DNA of 64,000 nucleotides from Alphaproteobacteria bacterium (GTDB taxonomy: Bacteria > Pseudomonadota > Alphaproteobacteria > UBA828), in assembly GCA_965220745.1 (NCBI GenBank), contig CBDCQT010000011.1:544001-608000 (forward strand), in the 5' to 3' direction. The position numbers and the translations under genes are program-made. Every line of letters begins with the position of its first letter. Position 1 is the stretch's first letter. Under the pieces are notes generated by a model. That model was not told the origin of the DNA, did no database searches, and saw only the letters and a program-made list of their open reading frames with translations. Positions 9,720 through 19,540 of this stretch are shown piece after piece.

Positions 9720-9805
9720 TCCCGGTCGCCTCGCCGTGTGAAGCCGATAAGGGTCACAAGAGGCCGCGGCGTCTCGCCGTCAAGCCGCCGCGGCTCATCG
9801 CCGAC

Positions 9806-9839
9806 TGCAGGAATCGGGCGGGCGCACCCGATTCCTGCA
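9806..9839 (-). terminator. Stem-loop downstream of the binding-protein gene (mRNA stabiliser or partial terminator)
   Basis: 13-bp perfect stem TGCAGGAATCGGG/CCCGATTCCTGCA with an 8-nt loop and no U-tract. Confidence 0.55.
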
Positions 9840-9855
9840 TGCCCCAAGCGTGGGT

Positions 9856-10917
9856 CTACTGGTACTTCTTGATCGCGTTACCCCAGAGGGTGGGGTCGGT
9901 GTAGTTCGACTTGTCCACCGGGCGGCTCGGGGTCTCGATTTGCCAACCCTCGGTGGCCTCGGACCAGCGCGCCTCGATTCCGTGATACGGCGCGCCCGGA
10001 TTGTCGATGGGCCCGGCAGCGGTGATTTTGAAGCTGCCGTCGAGGTAGTGCTTGATGTAGTGAGCGAGGATCGTGCCGTAGCCCACCATGTCCTGAAGCG
10101 CGGACGCATCCCACAGGTCGTTGCCGATCAGGTCGAGGATGCGCGGGTCGGCATCGATTCCGGTCACCACGATGTGGCCGGGCTCGCCGATCTTCTTGAG
10201 CTGGCCGAGGGAATCGAGCGCGGCATCGACGCCCGGAATCACGTCGCTGCCCATGGTGATGCCGACCAGCTCGTTGGCGCTGGCGACCGACTTGGTGATG
10301 TCGAAGAACTCTTCCGGCGTCCAGTGCTGCAGCTTGCGGATCAGCTCGATCTTCGGGTGCTTCGCGAGCACCGCCTGGATCGCCTCGGACCGCTGGCGTG
10401 CGTTGACCTGGTCCATCGGACCGTGCAGCTCGAGCACCTTGCCCGCGATCTCGCCGCGCTGCTCCTCGATGCGCCTGACCAGCTCCTCGGCGGCGATCGT
10501 GCCGAGCGAGATGTTGTCGGCCCGTGCGATCAGCTCGACCTTGCCGCCCGCTGAAGTGCGGCCAAGCATGAAGACCGGAATGCCCGCCTCGTTGGCCTTC
10601 TTGACCGATATGGTGGCGGCCAGGCTGTCCACCGGACCGCCGACGATCGCGTCATAGCCGAGCGCGATGGCGGTCGCCCATTCGTCGGCTTCGCGCTTGG
10701 CGGAGATCTCCGCGTTCTTGATGACCGCATCCATGCCGAGGCTCTCGGAGACGTCCTGCCAGTTCCTGGCGATGACGATGTCGGCGGCGTTGTTGAGCTG
10801 TGGCGCGATGTAGATGACCTTGTAGCCATCCGCGCTCGCGCTATGGCCGCCGACCGCGATGCCGAGCGCAAGCACTGCGGCGATCGCCGCGTGTTTCAGG
10901 ATTTTCCCCGCCTGCAT
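9856..10917 (-). CDS. Sugar ABC transporter periplasmic binding protein (RbsB-like)
   Basis: Signal peptide ending ASA; KANEAGIPVF, ADNISLG and VTGIDA motifs; first gene of the ABC operon. Confidence 0.88.
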   Translation of the reverse strand: MQAGKILKHAAIAAVLALGIAVGGHSASADGYKVIYIAPQLNNAADIVIARNWQDVSESLGMDAVIKNAEISAKREADEWATAIALGYDAIVGGPVDSLAATISVKKANEAGIPVFMLGRTSAGGKVELIARADNISLGTIAAEELVRRIEEQRGEIAGKVLELHGPMDQVNARQRSEAIQAVLAKHPKIELIRKLQHWTPEEFFDITKSVASANELVGITMGSDVIPGVDAALDSLGQLKKIGEPGHIVVTGIDADPRILDLIGNDLWDASALQDMVGYGTILAHYIKHYLDGSFKITAAGPIDNPGAPYHGIEARWSEATEGWQIETPSRPVDKSNYTDPTLWGNAIKKYQ

Positions 10918-11123
10918 GACTTCCTCTCCCTTGTATCTCCCGGCGGCCGCCCCGGTTGCACTGGTTTGATGTGGTTGGGGGACCGCGGGGATAGGATAGC
11001 CCGGCGCGGCCTGCCTCTGTCAAACAACGCGGGCCGCACACCCCACACCCGCCCCGCCATGCGGCAATCCGGGGTAGGATGGGGCGGTCGAAGGAAGGCG
11101 CGACAGCGTGGCGAGGCACGGCA

Positions 11124-12350
11124 GTGGCTGAAGCGAGGGAGCGGATCGAGGTCGATGTCGTCATTGCCGGCGGCGGGCTGGTCGGGCTCACCCTCGGTGT
11201 CGCGCTCGCCGGCGCTGGAATCGAGACCGCGGTGGTCGACGGCACGCCGCCTGCCACCATGAAGGATGCCGCGTTCGACGGCCGGGTCTCGTCCATCGCC
11301 CTCGGCTCCAGGCGGGTGCTGGACGGCATCGGGCTCTGGCCCGCGCTCGCGGCCGATGCCCAGCCGATCCTGGAGATCCGCGTCTCCGACGGCGAGGTGC
11401 CGCTCTTCCTGCACTACGACCACAAGGCCGTGGGCGACGACCCGCTCGGCTACATCGTCGAGAACCGGAACATCCGCGCCGCCTTGCTGGAGCAGGCGGC
11501 AACGCTGGCTGCGCTCCGCCACCTCGCCCCGGCCTCGGTGGAGGCGCTGGAGCCCGCCGCCGGCGGCATCGAGGCCCGGCTCGCGGACGGCCGGTGCGTG
11601 CGCGCCCGCCTCGCGGTCGCCGCCGACGGGGCCAACTCCGGCCTGCGCACCGCCGCCGGGATCGAGACCGTGCGCTGGTCCTACGAGCAGACCGGGATCG
11701 TCTGCACGGTGTTGCACGAGAAGCCGCACCGGGGCATCGCGCACGAGCGTTTTCTGCCGGCCGGGCCCTTCGCCATTCTGCCCATGACCGGCGACCGCTC
11801 CTCCCTGGTCTGGACCGAGCGGGCGGCGCTGGCACCGGCCCTGATGGACGCGTCGCCCGAGGTCTTCGCCAGGGAGCTCGGTGCGCGCTTCGGCGATTTC
11901 CTGGGCGCGCTGGAGCCGACCGGCCCGCGCTGGAGCTATCCGCTCCGCCTCACCCATGCGAAGCGCTATGTCGCGCCCCGCCTCGCGCTCGCGGGCGATG
12001 CGGCGCATGCGATCCATCCGCTGGCGGGCCAGGGCTTTAACCTCGGCATCCGCGACGCCGCGGTGCTGGCGGAGCTTGTGGTGGACCGGGCGCGCCTCGG
12101 CCTCGACATCGGGGGCGACGACGTGCTCACCCACTACCAGCGCCGGCGGCGCTTCGACTCAGTGGTCCTTATCGGCGTGACCGACGGGCTAAACCGGCTC
12201 TTCTCGAACGACAATCAGGGCCTGCGCCTGGTCCGCGATGTCGGCCTTGCGGCGGTCAACGAGCTGCCGCCGGTCAAGCGCTTCTTCATGCGCCACGCCA
12301 TGGGGCTCGCCGGCGACCTGCCGCGCCTCGCCCGCGGCGAGCCGCTTTAG
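11124..12350 (+). CDS. ubiH: UbiH/UbiL/COQ6-family FAD hydroxylase (ubiquinone biosynthesis)
   Basis: IAGGGLVG, AADGANS, HERFLPAGPFAILP and GDAAHAIHPLAGQGFNLGIRD motifs. The GTG start is an estimate. Confidence 0.9.
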   Translation: MAEARERIEVDVVIAGGGLVGLTLGVALAGAGIETAVVDGTPPATMKDAAFDGRVSSIALGSRRVLDGIGLWPALAADAQPILEIRVSDGEVPLFLHYDHKAVGDDPLGYIVENRNIRAALLEQAATLAALRHLAPASVEALEPAAGGIEARLADGRCVRARLAVAADGANSGLRTAAGIETVRWSYEQTGIVCTVLHEKPHRGIAHERFLPAGPFAILPMTGDRSSLVWTERAALAPALMDASPEVFARELGARFGDFLGALEPTGPRWSYPLRLTHAKRYVAPRLALAGDAAHAIHPLAGQGFNLGIRDAAVLAELVVDRARLGLDIGGDDVLTHYQRRRRFDSVVLIGVTDGLNRLFSNDNQGLRLVRDVGLAAVNELPPVKRFFMRHAMGLAGDLPRLARGEPL

Positions 12351-12480
12351 CTCCTCCAGGCCCCCAGTGGATTGCGAAGACGGTGAACTACCGCGCTTGG
12401 GACGGCAAGCGCATCCGCGTCTCCCCGCCTAACCCCAGCCGTAGTGCAAGGCTCTTGTGCCGGCGAGTTGTAATTTGGGA

Positions 12481-12519
12481 TTGACATAGGAACGAAATTT
12501 GTTACCTATTAGGTAACAA
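12481..12519 (+). promoter_or_regulatory. Sigma70-type promoter with overlapping palindromic operator of the higBA module
   Basis: TTGACA at 12481-12486, then perfect inverted repeat TTGTTACCTA-T-TAGGTAACAA at 12499-12519, ending 14 nt before the higB ATG. Confidence 0.75.
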
Positions 12520-12533
12520 TAATTTTCATCATC

Positions 12534-12869
12534 ATGGATATCGCCTTCCGGACCCGCAGGCTCCAGAAGACTTTCAACGCGGCGGACGCCCTGCAGAGAT
12601 CGTATGGGGCGAGGATGGCGAGGACCATCATGTCGCGGATGGCGGTGCTCAGAGCGGCACGCGACCTTGGGCTGGTGCCGACCACGCCACCGGAAAGGCG
12701 TCATCAGCTCGTTGGGGATCGGGACGAACAGTTCGCCGTCGATCTCGTTCACCCCTACCGGCTCGTCTTCGAAGCCAATCACGAGCCGGTACCGCGCAAG
12801 GACGATGGAGGAATCGACACGGAGCAGGTAACGGCGATCACGATCCTCGATGTGGTCGACTACCACTGA
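12534..12869 (+). CDS. higB: HigB/RelE-family toxin
   Basis: MDIAFRTRRLQK, RRHQLVGDR and FAVDLVHPYRLVF motifs, C-terminal VVDYH; toxin-first gene order. Confidence 0.88.
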   Translation: MDIAFRTRRLQKTFNAADALQRSYGARMARTIMSRMAVLRAARDLGLVPTTPPERRHQLVGDRDEQFAVDLVHPYRLVFEANHEPVPRKDDGGIDTEQVTAITILDVVDYH

Positions 12870-12883
12870 CGGAGGAGGGAGAG

Positions 12884-13975
12884 ATGGCGACAGCGACCAA
12901 CCAATACGGCCCGGACTATGCGGTCCCGCCCGGATGGATCCTCCAGGAACGTCTCGAGGTGGAGGGGATTTCGCATGCCGAATTCGCGCGCAGGTGCGGT
13001 CGCTCTGCCAAGCTGATTAGCGAGATCATCTCGGGCAAGGCACCGCTCGAGCCGAGAACTGCGCTCCAATTCGAAAAGGTGCTTGGCGTCGATGCCAGCA
13101 TTTGGCTCGGGATCGAGTCCGACTATAGGCTTCATCGGGCGCGGGAGGCCGAGGCCCAGAATGCCGCTGCTTCGGCAGAATGGGTCAAGGCCTTCCCCGT
13201 CCGGGACCTGGTGAAGCGAAGCTGCTTCCAGCGCCCGGAATCGGACACCGATGCCGTGTCGAAGTTGCTTGCGTTCTTTCGTGTGGGTTCAGTCGAAGCC
13301 TGGACCGCTCGCTACGGCCTAGCCAATGTGGCTTACCGTCACTCCCGGAGCTTCAAGAGTGATGAGGCTTCATTGGCCACCTGGCTCCGGCTCGGTCAAA
13401 TCGAAGCCGAACAGCAGGATTGTGCGGAATACAGCGGGAGCCGGTTCAAGCAGGCTGTGCGCAACATCCGAAGCCTGACGCGCGAGCCGCTCGATGAGGC
13501 GTTGCAGCAGACGACCAGGCTATGCAATGAGGCAGGCGTTGCGCTGGCGTTGGTGCGGCCTTTGCCGAAGACGGCGCTCAGCGGTGCGGCCTGGTGGCTC
13601 TCGCCTAGGAAGGCTGTCATCCAACTGACCGCCCGACACAAGACCGATGACCATCTCTGGTTCAGCTTCTTCCATGAGGCAGCGCATATTCTGCTTCACA
13701 GCAAGAAAGGGGTCTTCGTCGACGAGGCCAACGGAGACGATACCGAGCAGGAGATAGAGGCCAACGAGTGGGCTTCCAACATCCTGATCCCCAAAGGGGC
13801 GTGGCAAACATTGGTCGCCTCATCGCCGCGTAGCGCGCGCGTTGTCACAGCGTTTGCCGACGAGCAGGGGATTGCTCCCGGTATCGTCGTCGGCAGGCTC
13901 CAGCACGAGGGACACTTGCCTTGGTCGCAGCTGAACAGTCTGAAGGTTCGGTTAGCCTGGAAGTCTCAGGAATAA
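12884..13975 (+). CDS. higA: HigA antitoxin (XRE HTH) fused to an ImmA/IrrE Zn-metallopeptidase domain
   Basis: N-terminal PPGWILQERLE followed by an HTH; C-terminal WFSFFHEAAH (HExxH) and EIEANEWA; GGAGG RBS. Confidence 0.88.
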   Translation: MATATNQYGPDYAVPPGWILQERLEVEGISHAEFARRCGRSAKLISEIISGKAPLEPRTALQFEKVLGVDASIWLGIESDYRLHRAREAEAQNAAASAEWVKAFPVRDLVKRSCFQRPESDTDAVSKLLAFFRVGSVEAWTARYGLANVAYRHSRSFKSDEASLATWLRLGQIEAEQQDCAEYSGSRFKQAVRNIRSLTREPLDEALQQTTRLCNEAGVALALVRPLPKTALSGAAWWLSPRKAVIQLTARHKTDDHLWFSFFHEAAHILLHSKKGVFVDEANGDDTEQEIEANEWASNILIPKGAWQTLVASSPRSARVVTAFADEQGIAPGIVVGRLQHEGHLPWSQLNSLKVRLAWKSQE

Positions 13976-14112
13976 TGTTGGGCCCATATGGGCGCGTCCC
14001 GCTATCGATATGACACAACGGGGCCCGACCGACTACGATATCGGGTGCGCGGTCGCTCTGAGCCAACGAACGGCTCTGCGCTCGCAAGCGCTTCTGGCTC
14101 GGCAAGTGACGG

Positions 14113-15459
14113 CTAGAGCCACTCCACGTAGCGCGCGCGCTCGGTCTCGGGCACCTGACGCCGGAATTCGTCGTACTCGTAGCGCTTGATCAGGGCGTAG
14201 TTGCGGCAGAACTCCTCGCCGAACCAGTCCTTGGCCCAGTCAGAGGCCTCGAACCTCGCAAGCGCTTCGCCCCAGTCGTCGGGCAGCCGGGTCACGTCCT
14301 GCTCGTCGAGGTCGCCCTCCGCCGGCGGGCCCGGATCGGTCTTGTTCGCGACGCCGTCGAGACCGGCCGCGAGATAGGCGGCCAAGGCGAGGTAGACGTT
14401 GACGTCGCCGCCACAGACCCGGAGCTCAGGCCGCGTCGCGGCGGGAGCCTCGTTGATCAGGCGGATCGCGGCGGTGCGGTTGTCTACGCCCCAGGCGAGC
14501 GAAATCGGCGCGAAGGCGCCGGGCACGAGCCTGCGGTAGGAGTTGGAGTTGGGGAAGAAGACGGCGGTGAGCTCCGTGAGCCGGGCGAGCACGCCGCCCA
14601 TGAAGTGCCGGCAGGTATCGTTGATGTGCTGCGGCTCGTCCGGGGCCGCGAAGGCGTTGGTGCCGTCGCCGTCCACCAGCGACATGTGGATGTGGCAGGA
14701 GTTGCCGGTCATCTTGTCGAACGGCTTGGCCATGAAGGTGACGCGGCGGCCCATCTGCATCGCCGCCTCTTTCATGGTGGCGCGGAAGAGATGCCCGTCG
14801 TCGCCCATCTCGCGCACCGGCCGGTGGCGGATGCTCACCTCGTACTGGCCGGGCCCCCACTCGTAGTGGCTGCATTCGAGCTCGCCGTGGGCGGCGACCG
14901 CGTCGAGCAGCGAGTATTCCTCGGCGAGGAATTGGGTGCGCTTCTGCATCGAGTAGCACTGCAGCCCGGAATCGAGCCTCTCGTGCTCGTCGTCCAGGAG
15001 AAAGAACTCGAACTCGGGCGCGCAGCGGGCGCCGTAGCCCATTGCCTCCATGCGATCGGCGACCCGGTGCAGCACGTTGCGGGGCTCGCCTTCCACCAAC
15101 CGCCCGTCAGGCCATTTCATCGTGCCCATCACCAGCGCCGTGTCGGGCTCATGACGCAGAATGCGCATGCTGGAGAGGTCGGGCACGGCGATGAAATCGG
15201 CGTAGCCGATGTTCTCGCCGTAGTCGGTGCCCAGCACCACATTGGCGGAGATGTCGAAGGCCATGACCGTGGCGCAGAAGGCGATGCCGTGGTGCATCGA
15301 GCGCTCGAAATGCGCGAGGTCCATCGCCTTGCCTCTGGCCACGCCACCGTAGTCGCAATACTCGATGCGGACGCGCTGGACACCGTTGGCGCGCAGCCAA
15401 TCCATGACCTGATCGCTCGTGCCCGTGAAGCGCACAGGGCCCGTTGCCGCCTCGCTCAT
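14113..15459 (-). CDS. Glutamine synthetase-like gamma-glutamyl-amine ligase (PuuA/PauA-like)
   Basis: APEFEF, EWGPGQYE, GNSCHIHMS, NSYRRL and DNRTAAIR motifs. The flap reads PGAFAP, not PGYEAP, so it is not a canonical GlnA. Confidence 0.85.
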   Translation of the reverse strand: MSEAATGPVRFTGTSDQVMDWLRANGVQRVRIEYCDYGGVARGKAMDLAHFERSMHHGIAFCATVMAFDISANVVLGTDYGENIGYADFIAVPDLSSMRILRHEPDTALVMGTMKWPDGRLVEGEPRNVLHRVADRMEAMGYGARCAPEFEFFLLDDEHERLDSGLQCYSMQKRTQFLAEEYSLLDAVAAHGELECSHYEWGPGQYEVSIRHRPVREMGDDGHLFRATMKEAAMQMGRRVTFMAKPFDKMTGNSCHIHMSLVDGDGTNAFAAPDEPQHINDTCRHFMGGVLARLTELTAVFFPNSNSYRRLVPGAFAPISLAWGVDNRTAAIRLINEAPAATRPELRVCGGDVNVYLALAAYLAAGLDGVANKTDPGPPAEGDLDEQDVTRLPDDWGEALARFEASDWAKDWFGEEFCRNYALIKRYEYDEFRRQVPETERARYVEWL

Positions 15460-15626
15460 TCCTCGATGCTCCCGTTGGTCGGCTCGCGGGGCCGTAACAT
15501 ACCGGCAGAGTTGCGCGCCTCAAAGCAGGGGCGGTGAAACCGGGTTGTCAGAGGGCCGGCGGCGGACTACGATGCGCATGAAAATCGTTCGCGTTTGCAG
15601 GATGAATCCGGCAGGGAGGCACGTCA

Positions 15627-16739
15627 ATGCGTGGGATTGCGGTCGCTGCTCCTGGCGAGCGCACGGCCCGCGCGGGGCGTGGGATGCTGGCGCGCGTCGG
15701 GGCCGCAATGCGGTTACCGGCGCGCGCTTGTGCGCTGGGCGTGCTTGCGGGCCTTGCCGGTCTCGCCTGGCCGGCGGGGGACGCGCAGGCGGCGGATGAG
15801 CTGAACCTCTATTCCCACCGGCAGCCCTTCCTCATCGAGCCTTTCCTGCAGGCATTCACCGCCGAGACCGGGATCAAGGTCAACGTGGTCTATGCCTCCA
15901 AGGGTCTCGCCCAGCGGCTCCAGGCCGAAGGCAAGAACAGCCCGGCCGACGTGGTGCTGACCGTGGATATCGGGCGGCTCGCCATCTATGCGGACAAGGA
16001 TCTGCTGGCGCCGGTCGAGTCCGCGGTGCTGACAGAGGCCGTGCCGGCGCATCTGCGCGACCCCGATGGGCGCTGGTTTGCGCTCTCCAAGCGGGCGCGG
16101 GTGATCGCGGTCTCCAAGAACCGCGTGGCCCCCGGTGCGATCGCGACCTACGAGGACCTGGCGGACCCCGAATGGGCCGGGCTCGTTTGTTCGCGGCCCG
16201 GCAGCCACGTCTACAACAGAGCCATGATGGCCTCGATGATCGCCGCTCATGGGGAAGAAGGCGCGGAGGAGTGGGCCACTGGCCTCGTGGCCAACCTCGC
16301 TCGCAGGCCCCAGGGCAACGACCGGGCACAGGTCAAGGCGATCTACGAGGGCCTCTGCGACGTCGCTCTGATTAACAGCTATTATTACGGCAAGCTCTCG
16401 TCCTCGGACATCGAGGCGCAGCGGGAGTGGGCCGCGTCCATGACCATGATCTTTCCCAATCAGGATGACCGTGGCACGCACATCAATATCTCCGGCGGCG
16501 GCGTTGCCAAGCACTCGAAGAACAAGGAGACGGCGGTGGCGTTCCTCGAATTCCTGACCAAGAGGGACGCACAGGAGCTCTACGGCACCGTCAACTTCGA
16601 GTTTCCCGTGAATCTCGCCGTCGAGGCCGCCCCGGCGGTTCGTGCCTGGGGCACGTTCAAGGAAGACGCGCTGCCGATTGTGCGCATTGCCGAGCTCGCA
16701 CCCGCTGCTCAACGCGTGATCGACCGCACCGGGTGGTAA
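15627..16739 (+). CDS. fbpA: Fe(3+) ABC transporter substrate-binding protein (FbpA/FutA)
   Basis: LYSHRQ, SPADVVLTVD, HVYN, GNDRAQ, NSYYYG (Tyr-Tyr iron ligands) and GTHINISG motifs. Confidence 0.9.
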   Translation: MRGIAVAAPGERTARAGRGMLARVGAAMRLPARACALGVLAGLAGLAWPAGDAQAADELNLYSHRQPFLIEPFLQAFTAETGIKVNVVYASKGLAQRLQAEGKNSPADVVLTVDIGRLAIYADKDLLAPVESAVLTEAVPAHLRDPDGRWFALSKRARVIAVSKNRVAPGAIATYEDLADPEWAGLVCSRPGSHVYNRAMMASMIAAHGEEGAEEWATGLVANLARRPQGNDRAQVKAIYEGLCDVALINSYYYGKLSSSDIEAQREWAASMTMIFPNQDDRGTHINISGGGVAKHSKNKETAVAFLEFLTKRDAQELYGTVNFEFPVNLAVEAAPAVRAWGTFKEDALPIVRIAELAPAAQRVIDRTGW

Positions 16740-18409
16740 GCCCTACGGCTACGCTGGCGCGCCGGGCTTACCTCGCCCGGCCGAATCGTTGGTTCGTCGC
16801 TGCGCTCGTGGTCGCGCTGATCATGGCGGCGCCGATCCTCTCGGTGCTCGCTGCCGCGACCGAGGATAGCGGCGGGCTCTGGGCGCACCTCTTCTCAACC
16901 GTGCTGCCCCGCTATGTCGCGAACACGATTGCGCTGATGGCAGGCGTGGGCGGGCTCAGCCTGGTGCTGGGGGTGAGCACCGCCTGGGTGGTGACGCGCT
17001 ACGAATTTCCCGGCCGCCGGGTGTTCGAATGGATGCTGGTGCTGCCCTTCGCCGTGCCGGCCTACCTCATCGCCTACGTCTACACCGACTTCCTCGATTA
17101 CGCGGGGCCGGTGCAGGGCGCGCTGCGCGATGCCTTCGGCTGGCAGACGCGGCGGGACTACTGGTTCCCCGAGATTCGCTCCATGGGCGGCGCCATCGTG
17201 GTGATGGGGGCGGTGCTCTACCCCTACGTCTACATGATGGCGCGGACGGCCTTCAAACTGACGCCGCACACGCTGTTCGAGATCGCGCGGGTGCACGACC
17301 GGGGCCTCTTCCGCACCGTGGGTCTGCCGCTGGCCAGGCCCGCCATCGCGGCTGGCCTCGCGCTCGTGCTGATGGAGACGGTCTCCGACTTCGGCACCGT
17401 GGACTACTTCGCGCTGGAGACGCTGACGCTCGGCATCTTCAACGTCTGGCTCGGCATGAACAGCCTGCCGGCGGCCGCGCAGATCGCCTCGCTGGGCTTC
17501 CTCTTCGTCATCGCGATGCTGGTGCTGGAGCTGATGTCTCGCCGCCGCCGGCGCTACGTGGACACCGGCCGACGCATGCGGAGCCTCGCGCGGCTGCGCG
17601 CTGGGCCGGCGCAGGCGGCAGCCTGCCTCGCCGTGTGCCTGCTGCCGGTGACGGTGGGCTTTCTCGTTCCCGTGGGCGTGCTGCTCAGCTTCGTGGTCAA
17701 GGGTTACGCGCTGCCTGATTACGGCGGCGTGCTGACGGTCACGCTCAACTCGGTGGTCGTGGCGCTTGCGGTGGCGGCGCTGGTGATGGCGGCGGCGGCG
17801 CTGATGGTGGTCACCGTCGCCTACCGGCCGAGCCGCCCGCTCACGGTGCTGGCCGGCATCGCGTCGTCGGGCTACGCCTTCCCCGGCACGATCCTCGCCA
17901 TCGGCGTCGTGACCTTCGCCGGCGCGGTGGATCGTGGGCTCGACGGCCTGATTTCGGGCGTGATGGGGCTTTCGTTCGATGGCTTCCTCACCGGCGGGAT
18001 CGGGCTCGTGCTGTTCGCCTGCATGGTGCGCTTCCAGGCGATCGGCTACGGCGCGCTGACGTCGGGCATGAACCGCCTGCCGCCCAATACGGTGTCGGCC
18101 GGCCGGGTTCTGGGCCTGAGCCTGCCGGCCAATATCTTCCGCGTGATCCTGCCATTGCTCGGAACCTCGTTCCTCGCCGGCGGGCTCCTGGTGTTCGTCG
18201 ACGTGATGAAGGAGCTGCCGATGACGCTCCTGCTCCGCCCCTTCGGCTTCGATACGCTGGCGACCCACCTCTACCAGTTCGCCAAGGACGAGCTCTTGGA
18301 GCAGGCGGCGGTGCCGGCACTCCTCATCGTGCTCGCCGGCACCGGCCCCGTGATTCTGATGAACGAGGCCCTGAGACGCTTGGGTGAGGGAAGGGCGGGG
18401 ACGAGGTGA
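16733..18409 (+). CDS. fbpB: Fe(3+) ABC transporter permease (FbpB/FutB)
   Basis: Duplicated permease; LYPYVY, METVSDFG and FVDVMKELP motifs. Confidence 0.92.
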   Translation: MVSPTATLARRAYLARPNRWFVAALVVALIMAAPILSVLAAATEDSGGLWAHLFSTVLPRYVANTIALMAGVGGLSLVLGVSTAWVVTRYEFPGRRVFEWMLVLPFAVPAYLIAYVYTDFLDYAGPVQGALRDAFGWQTRRDYWFPEIRSMGGAIVVMGAVLYPYVYMMARTAFKLTPHTLFEIARVHDRGLFRTVGLPLARPAIAAGLALVLMETVSDFGTVDYFALETLTLGIFNVWLGMNSLPAAAQIASLGFLFVIAMLVLELMSRRRRRYVDTGRRMRSLARLRAGPAQAAACLAVCLLPVTVGFLVPVGVLLSFVVKGYALPDYGGVLTVTLNSVVVALAVAALVMAAAALMVVTVAYRPSRPLTVLAGIASSGYAFPGTILAIGVVTFAGAVDRGLDGLISGVMGLSFDGFLTGGIGLVLFACMVRFQAIGYGALTSGMNRLPPNTVSAGRVLGLSLPANIFRVILPLLGTSFLAGGLLVFVDVMKELPMTLLLRPFGFDTLATHLYQFAKDELLEQAAVPALLIVLAGTGPVILMNEALRRLGEGRAGTR

Positions 18410-18500
18410 GGGGGGCGCGGTACTTGCTCCCAAGCATTCACCGATTCGTACGCCACACCTGCATCGAGGACATTGAAAATAGAGTGCCGCCAAGAAAGAG

Positions 18501-18887
18501 TTATCTGTATATTCGAATTACGTTAGTTCCAATCTCTATGAATATTCGTCTCGCTGATGGTTCAGAGTCTAATGCCCACTCATGCTCAATTAACGATATA
18601 GCCTTCTTCACTCGGGAGGCGGCTTGCGTTTCAGAACAAGAAAGTTTGAGAAGACTCAATCTCTTGTAGCGCGCTCGGCCTACACCGTGCTGTCGGGCCA
18701 ATGTACGCATATCACCATCAAGAGCTACCAAAATCGCGTTGTTTTCCATAGATATTGTGGCAACGACAGGATCAGGAGAGCTACGCACTGCAGCATCCTC
18801 GAAGTAAATGACTTCGTGACCTCCTTCTTCTAAACACTGGCCTACGGATCGCGGCACGCCCTCATCGAGAAAAAACTTGAGTTCCAA
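18501..18887 (-). CDS. DUF5615 PIN-like toxin (VapC45-like)
   Basis: KFFLDEGVP, GHEV, PDPVV and ILVALDGDM match the DUF5615/Mut7-C PIN pattern. Confidence 0.8.
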   Translation of the reverse strand: MELKFFLDEGVPRSVGQCLEEGGHEVIYFEDAAVRSSPDPVVATISMENNAILVALDGDMRTLARQHGVGRARYKRLSLLKLSCSETQAASRVKKAISLIEHEWALDSEPSARRIFIEIGTNVIRIYR

Positions 18888-18898
18888 CGCAGGTACCT

Positions 18899-19540
18899 TT
18901 ACGCCGCAATACCATCGCCTTCATGTTGAATGGCAGACCGTATATCCGCCTCAGTCAGGGTTGGGTATTCTTCTCGTATCTGGCTGATCGAATACCCCTC
19001 CTCTGCAAATCTCTTTATGGCGACCACAGGAATTCTAGTCCCAGCAATCACCCATGAATTATGACAGATATTGCGAGACCTCGTCACTTTACCGATCATA
19101 CTCTCGTCCCGACGATTTAGGTCCTCAACATCTCGCTCGGTGTCACTAAGAACGACATTTAGCGCTATTCCTATTACATACTGCCTACTAACTATTTCTC
19201 GATACTTGTTTGTTCCCGGTTCTGCAAATACCACGCGACGGTTCAATACAAATAGCTCTGTCTTGGTCCACTTGTCCGTGGACATCTGTGGTAGTTCCTT
19301 CGCGACCGCCCTTAGGTGTTGCAAGGGCACGCGATATTGATTGCGAAGTACATTCAGAACCCTCAGAGAAGCGACGTCCGTGAACGAGTAAATTCGGCTG
19401 TATGCAACGCGCCGATTCTCACTAACAAACGCCGGCGTGAAGAAGTCGGTCTTATCCCAATATCGAAGTTGTCTCTTCGATATTCCAGTCAGTCGTTCAA
19501 CCTGCTCTTCAGTGAACGCTGAGATGATCACCAGGATCAC
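18899..19540 (-). CDS. MerR-type HTH plus DUF433 antitoxin (VapB45-like)
   Basis: LTGISKRQLRYWD..RIYSFTDV (MerR HTH); IAGTRIPV..EEYPTLTEADIRSAI (DUF433). Confidence 0.82.
   Translation of the reverse strand: MILVIISAFTEEQVERLTGISKRQLRYWDKTDFFTPAFVSENRRVAYSRIYSFTDVASLRVLNVLRNQYRVPLQHLRAVAKELPQMSTDKWTKTELFVLNRRVVFAEPGTNKYREIVSRQYVIGIALNVVLSDTERDVEDLNRRDESMIGKVTRSRNICHNSWVIAGTRIPVVAIKRFAEEGYSISQIREEYPTLTEADIRSAIQHEGDGIAA

Noticed and set aside
14113-15459. Calling this gene glnA
   Set aside because: The ammonium-site residues of true glutamine synthetases are missing.
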